Virus record (IMG/VR): IMGVR_UViG_3300045988_180981
Location: 1 to 37,188 of that record
DNA length: 37,188 nt
DNA from: a virus
Direction: 5' to 3' (one strand)
Part shown: positions 1 to 6,672 of the stretch, piece after piece
Layout of the letters: every line of letters begins with the position of its first letter
How positions within the stretch are numbered: the stretch's first letter is position 1
Made by a program: the position numbers and the translations under genes
The notes under the pieces: generated by a model
Seen by the model: only the letters and a program-made list of their open reading frames with translations
What the model was told of the DNA's origin: nothing
The model's database searches: none

Positions 1-119
1 CCAACATCGCACGCGCACACGGGCGATTTGGGATTTACGAAGTAAAGCCCATGAAAGTAATGCCACCGCGGAAAAAAGGGAAAAAAATTCGAAGGGGTTG
101 GGTAGCCCCGAAAAAAAGG
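1..119. repeat. Left copy of a 119-bp exact direct terminal repeat; identical to 37070-37188
   Basis: Base-by-base comparison of the two window ends (ccaacatcgcacgcgcacacggg ... ccccgaaaaaaagg). Confidence 0.9.
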
Positions 120-360
120 AGAAAAAATGCGAGGGGGGAATCCCGACATACCCCCGAAATTTCGAGGGGGTGTGTAGGGGGGGCTATAAGGGGGGTTATT
201 TTCTTTTTATTCCATGAAGATAGATTGACAAGGAAGAACCCCTTTCTTTTAGGGTGGGAAGAAGGGACGGGGGGATAGAGAAAAAGGGGGAAAGAAACTC
301 GAAGGGATAGGGGAAGAAGAAAAGAGGGGAAAGAACCGGCAAGGGGAAAGGAAGGTGTTC
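80..360 (+). repeat. Polypurine (G/A-rich) tract on the plus strand, dense in G4-G7 runs; G-quadruplex or triplex-prone
   Basis: Runs GGGGGG, GGGGG, GGGGGGG, GGGGGG, GGGGGG, GGGGG, GGGG x3 separated by short A-rich spacers. Almost no pyrimidines across ~250 nt. Confidence 0.6.
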
Positions 361-436
361 AAGCTGCTAGAGACCCATAAAAAAGGAATAGGTATAAATG
401 AGTCCATTTGATCCATGGGATACCGTTTTAAGTGTA

Positions 437-545
437 AAGTAAAAGTACTTAACACTAGGGGAAATAGGGGAAAAAATAAATCGGGAAAAAATTATTGTTT
501 TGTGCACTCTGCACAATTCCCCTGTCAAGTAAAACTGCTTAACAC
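437..545. repeat. Two ~19-bp direct repeats, AAGTAAAAGTACTTAACAC (437-455) and AAGTAAAACTGCTTAACAC (527-545); candidate protein-binding sites in the terminal non-coding region
   Basis: Seen by eye; 17/19 identity, about 90 bp apart. Confidence 0.5.
500..516. promoter_or_regulatory. Inverted repeat TTGTGCA-ctc-TGCACAA
   Basis: Perfect 7-bp arms with a 3-nt spacer. Confidence 0.4.
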
Positions 546-558
546 CCCCACGCGTAAC

Positions 559-572
559 GTTTCACGTGAAAC
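559..572. promoter_or_regulatory. Perfect 14-bp palindrome GTTTCACGTGAAAC with a CACGTG core; candidate dimeric protein-binding site
   Basis: Self-complementary on inspection. Confidence 0.5.
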
Positions 573-971
573 ATAAAACCGTTTAAATCCTCTTCCCATG
601 AACCAAAAAATACCCAATGCCCCCAGAAGCCCTAGAAACCCCTATAATTTCAACGAAAAGAATTTCCTAGGGTAAATATTCAAACTTTCATCAAATTCGC
701 TTCTATCGCGAAATGGGCTTTTCATCGATACTTTTTGCTATGCCATTTTTAAGCAATTTTCATATCCATATCGAAAAAAAAGGATCTCTTCCCTATTCCA
801 TCGTTTCCCATTCTTGAGCGATAGAGCGAAAAGCCTAGAACGCCTCTAAAACCCTTTTAAAGCCATCTAGAAGCCTTTTACCGTGTCGGTTGGGGAATTT
901 ATCCATCTAAACAATTAAAACGCTTCTAAGAGCCTAAAAATGGCTTTGTGTTGGAAATGACGGGAAATAGG

Positions 972-1004
972 CAAAATAAAAAGAGGGGAGCAGCTCGCCC
1001 CCCT
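972..1004 (-). terminator. Rho-independent terminator closing the early operon
   Basis: Minus strand reads GGGGGGCGAGCUGCUCCCCUC followed by UUUUUAUUUU, immediately 3' of the stop codon of gene 1021-1644. Confidence 0.5.
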
Positions 1005-1020
1005 GATTATTGAACGCTTT

Positions 1021-1644
1021 TCAATAGTTATACCATTTAGACCTTTTGGACTCGCTATAGGAATCTTCTAATAATTTAAGCTCTTTAGCGTTTTTCCGCG
1101 GCTTTCCCTTAAATTCGTGGACGATTGAATAGTTATACACTTTTTTATCTTTTTGCCATCCCTTCGTGATTATGGCAGCTTTGCCTTTTATTTTGGCTAA
1201 AAAGTTTTGCTGGCATTCGTAGATTCTCGCCCACTTTTTAGATCCCCTATTTTCGGTCCAATAATAAGTTATAATCGCGTATTTGTCGGAACATTTAGCA
1301 ATTTTCGCTTCTTCCATTTTTGACCTCGTCCATCTATCGATTTGGTCGAGGTCGTCAAGGTTGATTTTAGAGAAATCGTCTACTACATCGTAGAAATCAG
1401 TTTCATTGTAATACTTGCCGGTGTGATGCCAACTAGTCTTTTTCAAAAAAGCGTGTTTTACCGTTTTAGCAGATAGCCGCTTAATCCTTTTCATATCCTC
1501 GTCACTAGATTCAAGATCTCCCGAGTCAATTAGCTTCTGCAAGCGCTCGATAATCTCGCTTTTCGTCCATTTCGAAAAAGGGCGCTCGCCCATGTCATAG
1601 GCTTCTGCCGCCCTCTCGCTCATCCTTTGCCCAATGTATCCCAT
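1021..1644 (-). CDS. Hypothetical protein (207 aa); last gene of the early operon
   Basis: ORF with AAGGAG 13 nt upstream of the ATG; no motif recognised. Confidence 0.6.
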   Translation of the reverse strand: MGYIGQRMSERAAEAYDMGERPFSKWTKSEIIERLQKLIDSGDLESSDEDMKRIKRLSAKTVKHAFLKKTSWHHTGKYYNETDFYDVVDDFSKINLDDLDQIDRWTRSKMEEAKIAKCSDKYAIITYYWTENRGSKKWARIYECQQNFLAKIKGKAAIITKGWQKDKKVYNYSIVHEFKGKPRKNAKELKLLEDSYSESKRSKWYNY

Positions 1645-1668
1645 AATCTTATTTTTCTCCTTTTTTAT

Positions 1669-1694
1669 CGCCCCCTTTTGTGAGGGTGGGGGCG
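1669..1694 (-). promoter_or_regulatory. Copy A of a 29-bp exact repeat forming a GC-rich hairpin (CGCCCCC-12 nt-GGGGGCG) directly 5' of the SD and ATG of gene 1021-1644
   Basis: GCCCCCTTTTGTGAGGGTGGGGGCGAACC is identical at 1670-1698 and 2056-2084. Confidence 0.6.
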
Positions 1695-1705
1695 AACCCT
1701 GTTTT

Positions 1706-2035
1706 TTATTGATTGTCGATTATCGCCTTGATGATGTCCGCGGTGCTCATGCAATCCGCGTTCTTTTCTAGGTATTTGCAAATGTCGTACTTGATGGTTT
1801 CTCCTACTAAGTTTCGGTAGCCAGTCGTCAATACGATGGGGTGCGCTCCTTTTTCATCGGTAATTAGGTAGCAATCGAAGTTCCATCCATAATAACCGCA
1901 ATTGTAGCCGATTTGCTGGACACATCCGCGAGAATGGAGCGCGTTAATCGTGTATTGAAGCGAGCAATACGAGGCGGAGCGGTGCGTTCCGCAAATGTCG
2001 TTCAAGGCTTCTTTTTTCGTTAATTTTAAGTTCAT
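1706..2035 (-). CDS. Small papain-like (C39-like) cysteine peptidase domain protein (~110 aa)
   Basis: Cys motif CGTHRSASYCSLQY (CG..S....L.Y) and His motif HPIVLTTGY (resembles the HYVVL.G of C39 peptidases). AAAGGAG 8 nt before the ATG at 2035. The track ORF extends to 2149 across the hairpin repeat, so it was truncated. Confidence 0.35.
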   Translation of the reverse strand: MNLKLTKKEALNDICGTHRSASYCSLQYTINALHSRGCVQQIGYNCGYYGWNFDCYLITDEKGAHPIVLTTGYRNLVGETIKYDICKYLEKNADCMSTADIIKAIIDNQ

Positions 2036-2055
2036 TTTTTTTACTCCTTTATGAA

Positions 2056-2079
2056 GCCCCCTTTTGTGAGGGTGGGGGC
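2056..2079 (-). promoter_or_regulatory. Copy B of the 29-bp hairpin repeat, directly 5' of the SD and ATG of gene 1706-2035
   Basis: Same 29-mer as copy A, in the same position relative to AAAGGAG and the ATG. Confidence 0.6.
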
Positions 2080-2141
2080 GAACCATGTTTTTAGTCCTCG
2101 TCTTCTTCGTTTTCGTCTTCTTTTCCTCCTTGCCTTTCGGC

Positions 2142-2180
2142 GCTATCATAGTAGCCCTAAGAGCAATCGTAAGTCAACAA
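2142..2180 (-). promoter_or_regulatory. Promoter-like motif TTGACT...TTGCTCTTAGGGCTACTATGAT, related to the AGGGCT family; hexamer spacing is non-canonical
   Basis: Sequence similarity to P3 and P4; resembles CCAAGGGCTATGATAGTGG at 36707-36725 on the plus strand. Confidence 0.25.
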
Positions 2181-2314
2181 GAAAAAGCAAAAATTTTGAA
2201 ACTTTTTTGATCTTCTTTTTTCGTTGACGCTCTTCTTTTAGGCGAGATCTCTCTATGCCGCGCCCCCCCCTATTTTTCGCCCTTTTTCTCGCGATCTCCC
2301 CGAACCCCCTTACG

Positions 2315-2380
2315 CACGCATAATGCGCCCATTCGCGCAATTCGCGCCATGCCCGTGCGCATAATGAGCACCCATAGCGC
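2315..2380. promoter_or_regulatory. Two copies, 40 bp apart, of a near-palindromic GC-rich site: CGCATAATGCG in copy 1 (perfect 11-bp odd palindrome) and GCGCATAATGAGC in copy 2 (one-mismatch variant of GCGCATAATGCGC)
   Basis: Copy 1 is a perfect 11-bp odd palindrome; copy 2 has one mismatch in the flanking arms. Confidence 0.35.
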
Positions 2381-2399
2381 CCGTATGCACGAAAAAAGC

Positions 2400-2640
2400 C
2401 GTCAAACCAACGGGTTCAACGGCTAATCCAACGGTCAACGGTGACGGCCAACGGTGGTTTCAACGGCAACGGCAACGGTGACGGCCAACGGTGACGGCTA
2501 ACGGTGACGGCCAACGGCAACCGCTAACGGTAACGGCCAACGGCTACAGCAAACGGGTGGGGTAAACGGGAACGGCCAACGGTGGTTTTCTTTCCTCGTA
2601 CGGATAAAAGCAACGGCACGACCTAACGGTGACAACAACG
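2400..2640. repeat. Iteron-like array: about 20 copies of the pentamer AACGG, including four tandem 13-bp units AACGGTGACGGCC
   Basis: Counted by eye at 6-13-nt spacing. The distal part overlaps the 3' end of the rusA ORF. Confidence 0.7.
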
Positions 2641-3062
2641 GAGGGTGTCAAATCGTAGTGCTTCGCCATGCAAACATTAACCACTTGGGAATCGTCAACA
2701 AAGGCAATCCCATTCAATCCATCCAAAACGGCTTTCAAAACGTTGTCCAAGTCGGGCTTCTTCGTGGGCAATTCCTCACCGCTCAACTTCGCCAAGCCAT
2801 GCTTGTTCGGTTGCCCCTTCGAGTTGTAATCCGCCTTCTTCAAGCCGAACCACGCCATGACTTCCACCGCGATAGGCCCTGTGAGTGGCTTCGCCTCGGG
2901 GTACTTCTCCTTGAACTCATGGGCGAACCTCGCTTCGTAAGAGAGCGTTTTCGATGGGGTGTAAATGTGCGTGTGCCCCCCGAAGGAGGTTGCCCTAGGC
3001 CTTTGCTTTCCCATCGGCTCTCCCAAAACGTTAATCGTGTACTTAAATTCTTCTTCTGCCAT
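2544..3062 (-). CDS. rusA: RusA-family Holliday junction resolvase
   Basis: GKQRPR near the N-terminus and KPDLDNVLKAVLDGLNGIAFVDDSQV, which are RusA hallmarks. GAGGAG 10 nt upstream of the ATG at 3062. The C-terminus runs into the AACGG repeats, so the 3' extent is uncertain. Confidence 0.75.
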   Translation of the reverse strand: MAEEEFKYTINVLGEPMGKQRPRATSFGGHTHIYTPSKTLSYEARFAHEFKEKYPEAKPLTGPIAVEVMAWFGLKKADYNSKGQPNKHGLAKLSGEELPTKKPDLDNVLKAVLDGLNGIAFVDDSQVVNVCMAKHYDLTPSVVVTVRSCRCFYPYEERKPPLAVPVYPTRLL

Positions 3063-3076
3063 ATCTTCAAAACTCC

Positions 3077-3367
3077 TCAATAGCATTTATAACGCATTAT
3101 GTGGTTTTTATTCTCGTCCAAACCCTTCGATTCAAACCTTTCGAGCAATGTTGATTCTTTGATATTTCCTCGTGAGGTGTTTCGCACATCTTCGACTTTC
3201 AACAACTCAATGATTCCTTTGAACCCAGTGCTCATTTCCTGCTCGCACGTCTTGACGAAGCATAGGCTGGCGCCATCGCGGTCTTGCTCCTCATACTCGG
3301 TTACTTTGGTGAAGTCCGCGTATTCGGAAGTTGAGCGCACTATGTAATAAGGTACTTTCATTTCCAT
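3077..3367 (-). CDS. Hypothetical protein (~96 aa)
   Basis: AAGGAG 9 nt upstream of ATGGAAATG; start taken at the internal Met of track ORF 3077-3391. Confidence 0.55.
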   Translation of the reverse strand: MEMKVPYYIVRSTSEYADFTKVTEYEEQDRDGASLCFVKTCEQEMSTGFKGIIELLKVEDVRNTSRGNIKESTLLERFESKGLDENKNHIMRYKCY

Positions 3368-3486
3368 TTTGTTTATCTCCTTTTTAGACAATTAGAGGGC
3401 TTTCTTTCAATCAATCGAACAATTTGCCATGGGAAGCGACAATTCGCCTCCATGAGCCTAGAAATGGCTTTTAATGGCATTGTGGG

Positions 3487-3945
3487 CTATTCCTTCCGCT
3501 CATTGCGCATGAGTTCATCCCAAACTTCTTGGTCGAACGTGTCGATGGACTTCACCGCCTTGGTTAGATTCCCATTGCGGATGTCGCCAATAGCACCGCT
3601 TTCCATCAATTCCCTCAAAGTCATTTTCGATGGCTTGTTGAAGATGAAGATAGGGCAATCTTTGTTGCACGCTATTCCCATGACGAACTCGCCCACGTTG
3701 CAAATCCCGATGTTGTGGCTACCCATGTTGTCATGGCCGATATTTCCATCGCCAACGTTGTAATCGCCAACGTTGTTCGATCCATAGTTGCCATTGCCTT
3801 TGTTTTGGCTTCCGTGGTTGCAATCGCCATGGTTGCAATCCCCAACGTTGAAGTCTCCCTCGTTCCAAGAGCCGTGGTTGCAATTGCCTCGGTTCTCAAC
3901 GCCCTTGTTGAGAGCGCCTAAGTTGTTGTCTCTAGTCTTGCTCAT
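3487..3945 (-). CDS. Pentapeptide-type beta-solenoid repeat protein: 17 consecutive N-x-G-x-x pentads; candidate DNA-mimic (Qnr/MfpA-like) protein
   Basis: Gly at residues 10,15,...,90 and Asn at 8,13,...,83 without a break. The 15-nt periodicity is also visible in the DNA. Start overlaps the upstream stop (ATGA at 3942-3945). Confidence 0.7.
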   Translation of the reverse strand: MSKTRDNNLGALNKGVENRGNCNHGSWNEGDFNVGDCNHGDCNHGSQNKGNGNYGSNNVGDYNVGDGNIGHDNMGSHNIGICNVGEFVMGIACNKDCPIFIFNKPSKMTLRELMESGAIGDIRNGNLTKAVKSIDTFDQEVWDELMRNERKE

Positions 3946-4427
3946 GCTTTTGAATCCTCCTCAATCGCTTTTTTCTCGCTCATCATTTTCTGGATTCTCC
4001 TCAATAAATCGGGGTGGGTGACAATCACCTCGTCAAAGTCTTCCGCTTCCGCTATCGCGAAGAAGATAGTCCTTGAGCTCAATTGCCTTCCCCATTCTCC
4101 TTCTTTCGGCAAATCCTCGAAATCGACACCTTCCCATTGTGTTGGGTCAAAATCAATGATGGCATGGGTTTTCAAGGTAACTGCTTCGATTGTCCTATCT
4201 TCGTTTCCTCTTTCGTCCGTAGATACGAAAACTTCAGCAATTTTAGTGGAATATGCCCTCATCAAAACGCTTCCATTATTCGCTTTCATGTTTCCCTTAA
4301 CCGTTTCCGCAATGTTGGATTCCGCCTCTTTTGCGAGTTCAAGGGATTCATATTCCCCTTCGAAGAAAGGCTTTTTCGCTCGGCTAATCATATCGCAAGC
4401 GGTCAATACGTATTTGTACATTTTCAA
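3942..4427 (-). CDS. Hypothetical acidic protein (161 aa)
   Basis: Minus-strand ORF, translationally coupled to the pentapeptide-repeat gene. Confidence 0.55.
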   Translation of the reverse strand: MKMYKYVLTACDMISRAKKPFFEGEYESLELAKEAESNIAETVKGNMKANNGSVLMRAYSTKIAEVFVSTDERGNEDRTIEAVTLKTHAIIDFDPTQWEGVDFEDLPKEGEWGRQLSSRTIFFAIAEAEDFDEVIVTHPDLLRRIQKMMSEKKAIEEDSKA

Positions 4428-4432
4428 TTCTC

Positions 4433-4693
4433 CTATAAAGTTTCCTTTTTAGTCCACTTTCTCATTCGGTATCCATTTTGGCAAAGTGTAATGCTCTTCA
4501 ATTCACTTTTTGGGCATAATGCCGACTTTTCAATCAACGAAAGAGCCATATTGTGGATTCCTTCGTAATCATAATCCTCAATCACTACTCTTTTTTCTCC
4601 TTTAAAATCGAGAACTAATGAAAAATATTCCATTTTGTGCAATGCGTCCTCTGCGTCACACGTGCTACTAACTTCCCATAAATCTTCTTTCAC
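4433..4693 (-). CDS. Hypothetical protein (~87 aa); start set at the GTG preceded by AGGAG. An alternative ATG lies at 4720.
   Basis: Track ORF 4433-4774 read in frame. The AGGAG overlaps the stop of the upstream acidic ORF. Confidence 0.45.
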   Translation of the reverse strand: MKEDLWEVSSTCDAEDALHKMEYFSLVLDFKGEKRVVIEDYDYEGIHNMALSLIEKSALCPKSELKSITLCQNGYRMRKWTKKETL

Positions 4694-4704
4694 TTTCAAT
4701 TCTC

Positions 4705-4869
4705 CTATTCGTCTTCCCATAGTTTCGAGTCTCGCCACTCTTCGTATTTGGCATCCTCGTATGGATCTTCCCAATCCTCAAGTTGCGTTCCAAAATCTTC
4801 TTCGTCTTCGTCTTCTTCGTCTAGCAATTCTTCGTCTTCGTCCAACAATTCTTCATCTTTCTTCGGCAT
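4705..4869 (-). CDS. Unannotated 54-aa hyper-acidic protein MPKKDEELLDEDEELLDEEDEDEEDFGTQLEDWEDPYEDAKYEEWRDSKLWEDE; candidate DNA-mimic anti-defence protein
   Basis: Translated by hand from the minus strand. AAGGAGG 8 nt before the ATG at 4869, TAG stop at 4705-4707. Absent from the ORF track because it is under 60 aa. Confidence 0.6.
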   Translation of the reverse strand: MPKKDEELLDEDEELLDEEDEDEEDFGTQLEDWEDPYEDAKYEEWRDSKLWEDE

Positions 4870-4892
4870 TTTCTTGCCTCCTTTTCGATACC

Positions 4893-4917
4893 ATTATAAT
4901 AAGCCCTTAGAGCAAGT
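4893..4917 (-). promoter_or_regulatory. Promoter-like element CTAAGGGCTTATTATAAT: a TATAAT -10 hexamer preceded by the conserved AGGGCT motif; -35 is weak
   Basis: Lies between the methyltransferase stop and the acidic ORF's SD. Confidence 0.4.
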
Positions 4918-4933
4918 GCATCTAATGGATTTT

Positions 4934-6379
4934 TCACAACAATTCTTTGAATATGTCCATCAGCACGTCCACAACGATGGAATCACCGGCGCAATGGTAT
5001 ATGGCAGAATCGCTCATCCCGATGGCGCGCATGGCTTGCTCGTCCTTGTCATTGAACCCCATGAGCCTCATGCATTCCAATGGGGTGAGTTTGCGAAGCT
5101 TCCCTTCGGATTGCGTGACAATGTCGATGGTTGTTTTAATCGTCTGGCTCATTCCGCTTTGCACGGTTCCGCGGTGGTATTGCATTCTCGTTCCACAATC
5201 GATTCCATCCCCTTCCTCGGCTTCTAGGTAACCCTTCTTGGTTGCGTTGCGGACGAGGATCTTCCCCATGAAGAACGGGGAAGTTGTGACACACGTGGAC
5301 AATCCGCCATCGCTGTAAACGCGATTGCCGAGCGATGGCTGCTTTCCATTCACCTTGGGGTTCAGGCATTCGGTGACAACCGTCCACCCAGAATCGAAAG
5401 AACCTTTGGCTTTTAATGTCCTTGCAACTCCCTTCTTCCCCGATTCTATGGAATTTTCGAAATCGCCTTTTCGGTCGAACCCCTTGGAATCTCCATAAAG
5501 CATGGTCTCAATAATTCTTGGGGATAGATTGTATTTTTGATCGGGGTTTTCCTCCAAAAGGTCGCGAAGCCTCTTGACGAGTTTCCTCTTCTTCGGGAAG
5601 TGGTATCCATATTCACCGAGAATGGAGACCATGAACACGCGGAGGCGGTTTTGGGGGATTCCATGGTCTTTGGCATTCACCTTCGCCCAATAGGAAGAAT
5701 ACCCAAGTTCCTCCAAGCGGTCTAGCCACTCGTTCCAAGGCTTGAGGTTTCTATCTCCGCAAACTCCGGGGACGTTCTCCATCAAGAGCACATCTGGCCT
5801 CTGCCCTGCTTCCTTAAGCTCACCGAGAAGCCTTTCGACCTCCCAAAGCAATCCCGACCTTGTGCCGCTACCCTTTTCCATGCCGGCCAATTTCCCCGCT
5901 TGGGAAAGGTCTTGGCATGGAAATGAATAAGTGAGAACGTAGCAATGCTGCCTATCTCCCTCCTTCTCGATGGATAAGCCGCTAGGGTGAATCTCCGAAA
6001 CGTTGGGGCAAAAGTCATTGCACGCGTCCATTGCTCCGCAAAGTTCCTCCAAAGCTTTTCTCCCCAATTTTTCCCTTTCTTCTTCCGATAGTGGGGAATT
6101 GTAATCCTTGGAAACACCGCAAGTTCTTTTTAAAAGTTCTTCCATTGGCGCTTCTTCCCACTTGCCTTTCTCGCACCTCCAGCCATTGTGGATTGCTGCG
6201 TAAGATCTAATGGAGGGAATTGCCCACTCGCACAAGCGCCATCTTTCAAAATCGGCATTGATGTTTTCCAAAGCTTTCGCTTGCGAACCAATACCACCGA
6301 ATAATTCGATGAGGCGGATTGGCTTGTTGATTTTGTATTCTCTTCTGCTTTGGGCGAACAGATTCAATTGCTCGTTCAT
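4934..6379 (-). CDS. DNA (cytosine-5) methyltransferase (orphan MTase, ~481 aa)
   Basis: Motif I LFGGIGS, motif IV SFPCQDLSQAG, motif VI LLMENVPG, motif VIII QNRLRVF, a long variable (TRD) region, then motif IX LTPLECMRLMGF and motif X GDSIVVDVL. Start at MNEQ, with GGAG upstream. Confidence 0.9.
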   Translation of the reverse strand: MNEQLNLFAQSRREYKINKPIRLIELFGGIGSQAKALENINADFERWRLCEWAIPSIRSYAAIHNGWRCEKGKWEEAPMEELLKRTCGVSKDYNSPLSEEEREKLGRKALEELCGAMDACNDFCPNVSEIHPSGLSIEKEGDRQHCYVLTYSFPCQDLSQAGKLAGMEKGSGTRSGLLWEVERLLGELKEAGQRPDVLLMENVPGVCGDRNLKPWNEWLDRLEELGYSSYWAKVNAKDHGIPQNRLRVFMVSILGEYGYHFPKKRKLVKRLRDLLEENPDQKYNLSPRIIETMLYGDSKGFDRKGDFENSIESGKKGVARTLKAKGSFDSGWTVVTECLNPKVNGKQPSLGNRVYSDGGLSTCVTTSPFFMGKILVRNATKKGYLEAEEGDGIDCGTRMQYHRGTVQSGMSQTIKTTIDIVTQSEGKLRKLTPLECMRLMGFNDKDEQAMRAIGMSDSAIYHCAGDSIVVDVLMDIFKELL

Positions 6380-6380
6380 T

Positions 6381-6659
6381 TTACTTGTCTCCAAAATCCC
6401 CGAAATATTCATCGACCCATGTTTTCAATCCCTTTATGATTTCGCGCTTTTTCCTAGCTATTTCCTCATAAGAGCCATTCCCTTTGTTTCCTTGAGGAAC
6501 ATAACTATATTCGGCAAGGCTTTCAATCATCATGTCAATCATGTTGCTAAGCAAATCCAAGTTCTTCACGCTCTCGGAATCATGGTTCGTTTCTCCCCAC
6601 CACGAAGTGTCGGGTATAAGCCTCTTTAAGGCCTCTAGAACAAATTCTTTGTCATTCAT
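6381..6659 (-). CDS. Hypothetical protein (92 aa)
   Basis: Minus-strand ORF packed against its neighbours. Confidence 0.5.
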   Translation of the reverse strand: MNDKEFVLEALKRLIPDTSWWGETNHDSESVKNLDLLSNMIDMMIESLAEYSYVPQGNKGNGSYEEIARKKREIIKGLKTWVDEYFGDFGDK

Positions 6660-6672
6660 TTCCTTTCCTCCT

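Noticed and set aside
51-278. Plus-strand ORF (75 aa, Lys/Arg/Gly-rich) inside the terminal repeat and polypurine tract
   Set aside because: Its composition is dictated by the G/A-rich repeat. It has no RBS, sits on the opposite strand to every other gene and spans the genome terminus.
2146-2340. 64-aa minus-strand ORF upstream of the peptidase gene
   Set aside because: It begins with TTG and has no SD. It runs across the GC-rich palindromes and the promoter-like motif. Its Arg/Lys-rich low-complexity translation is typical of a regulatory DNA region.
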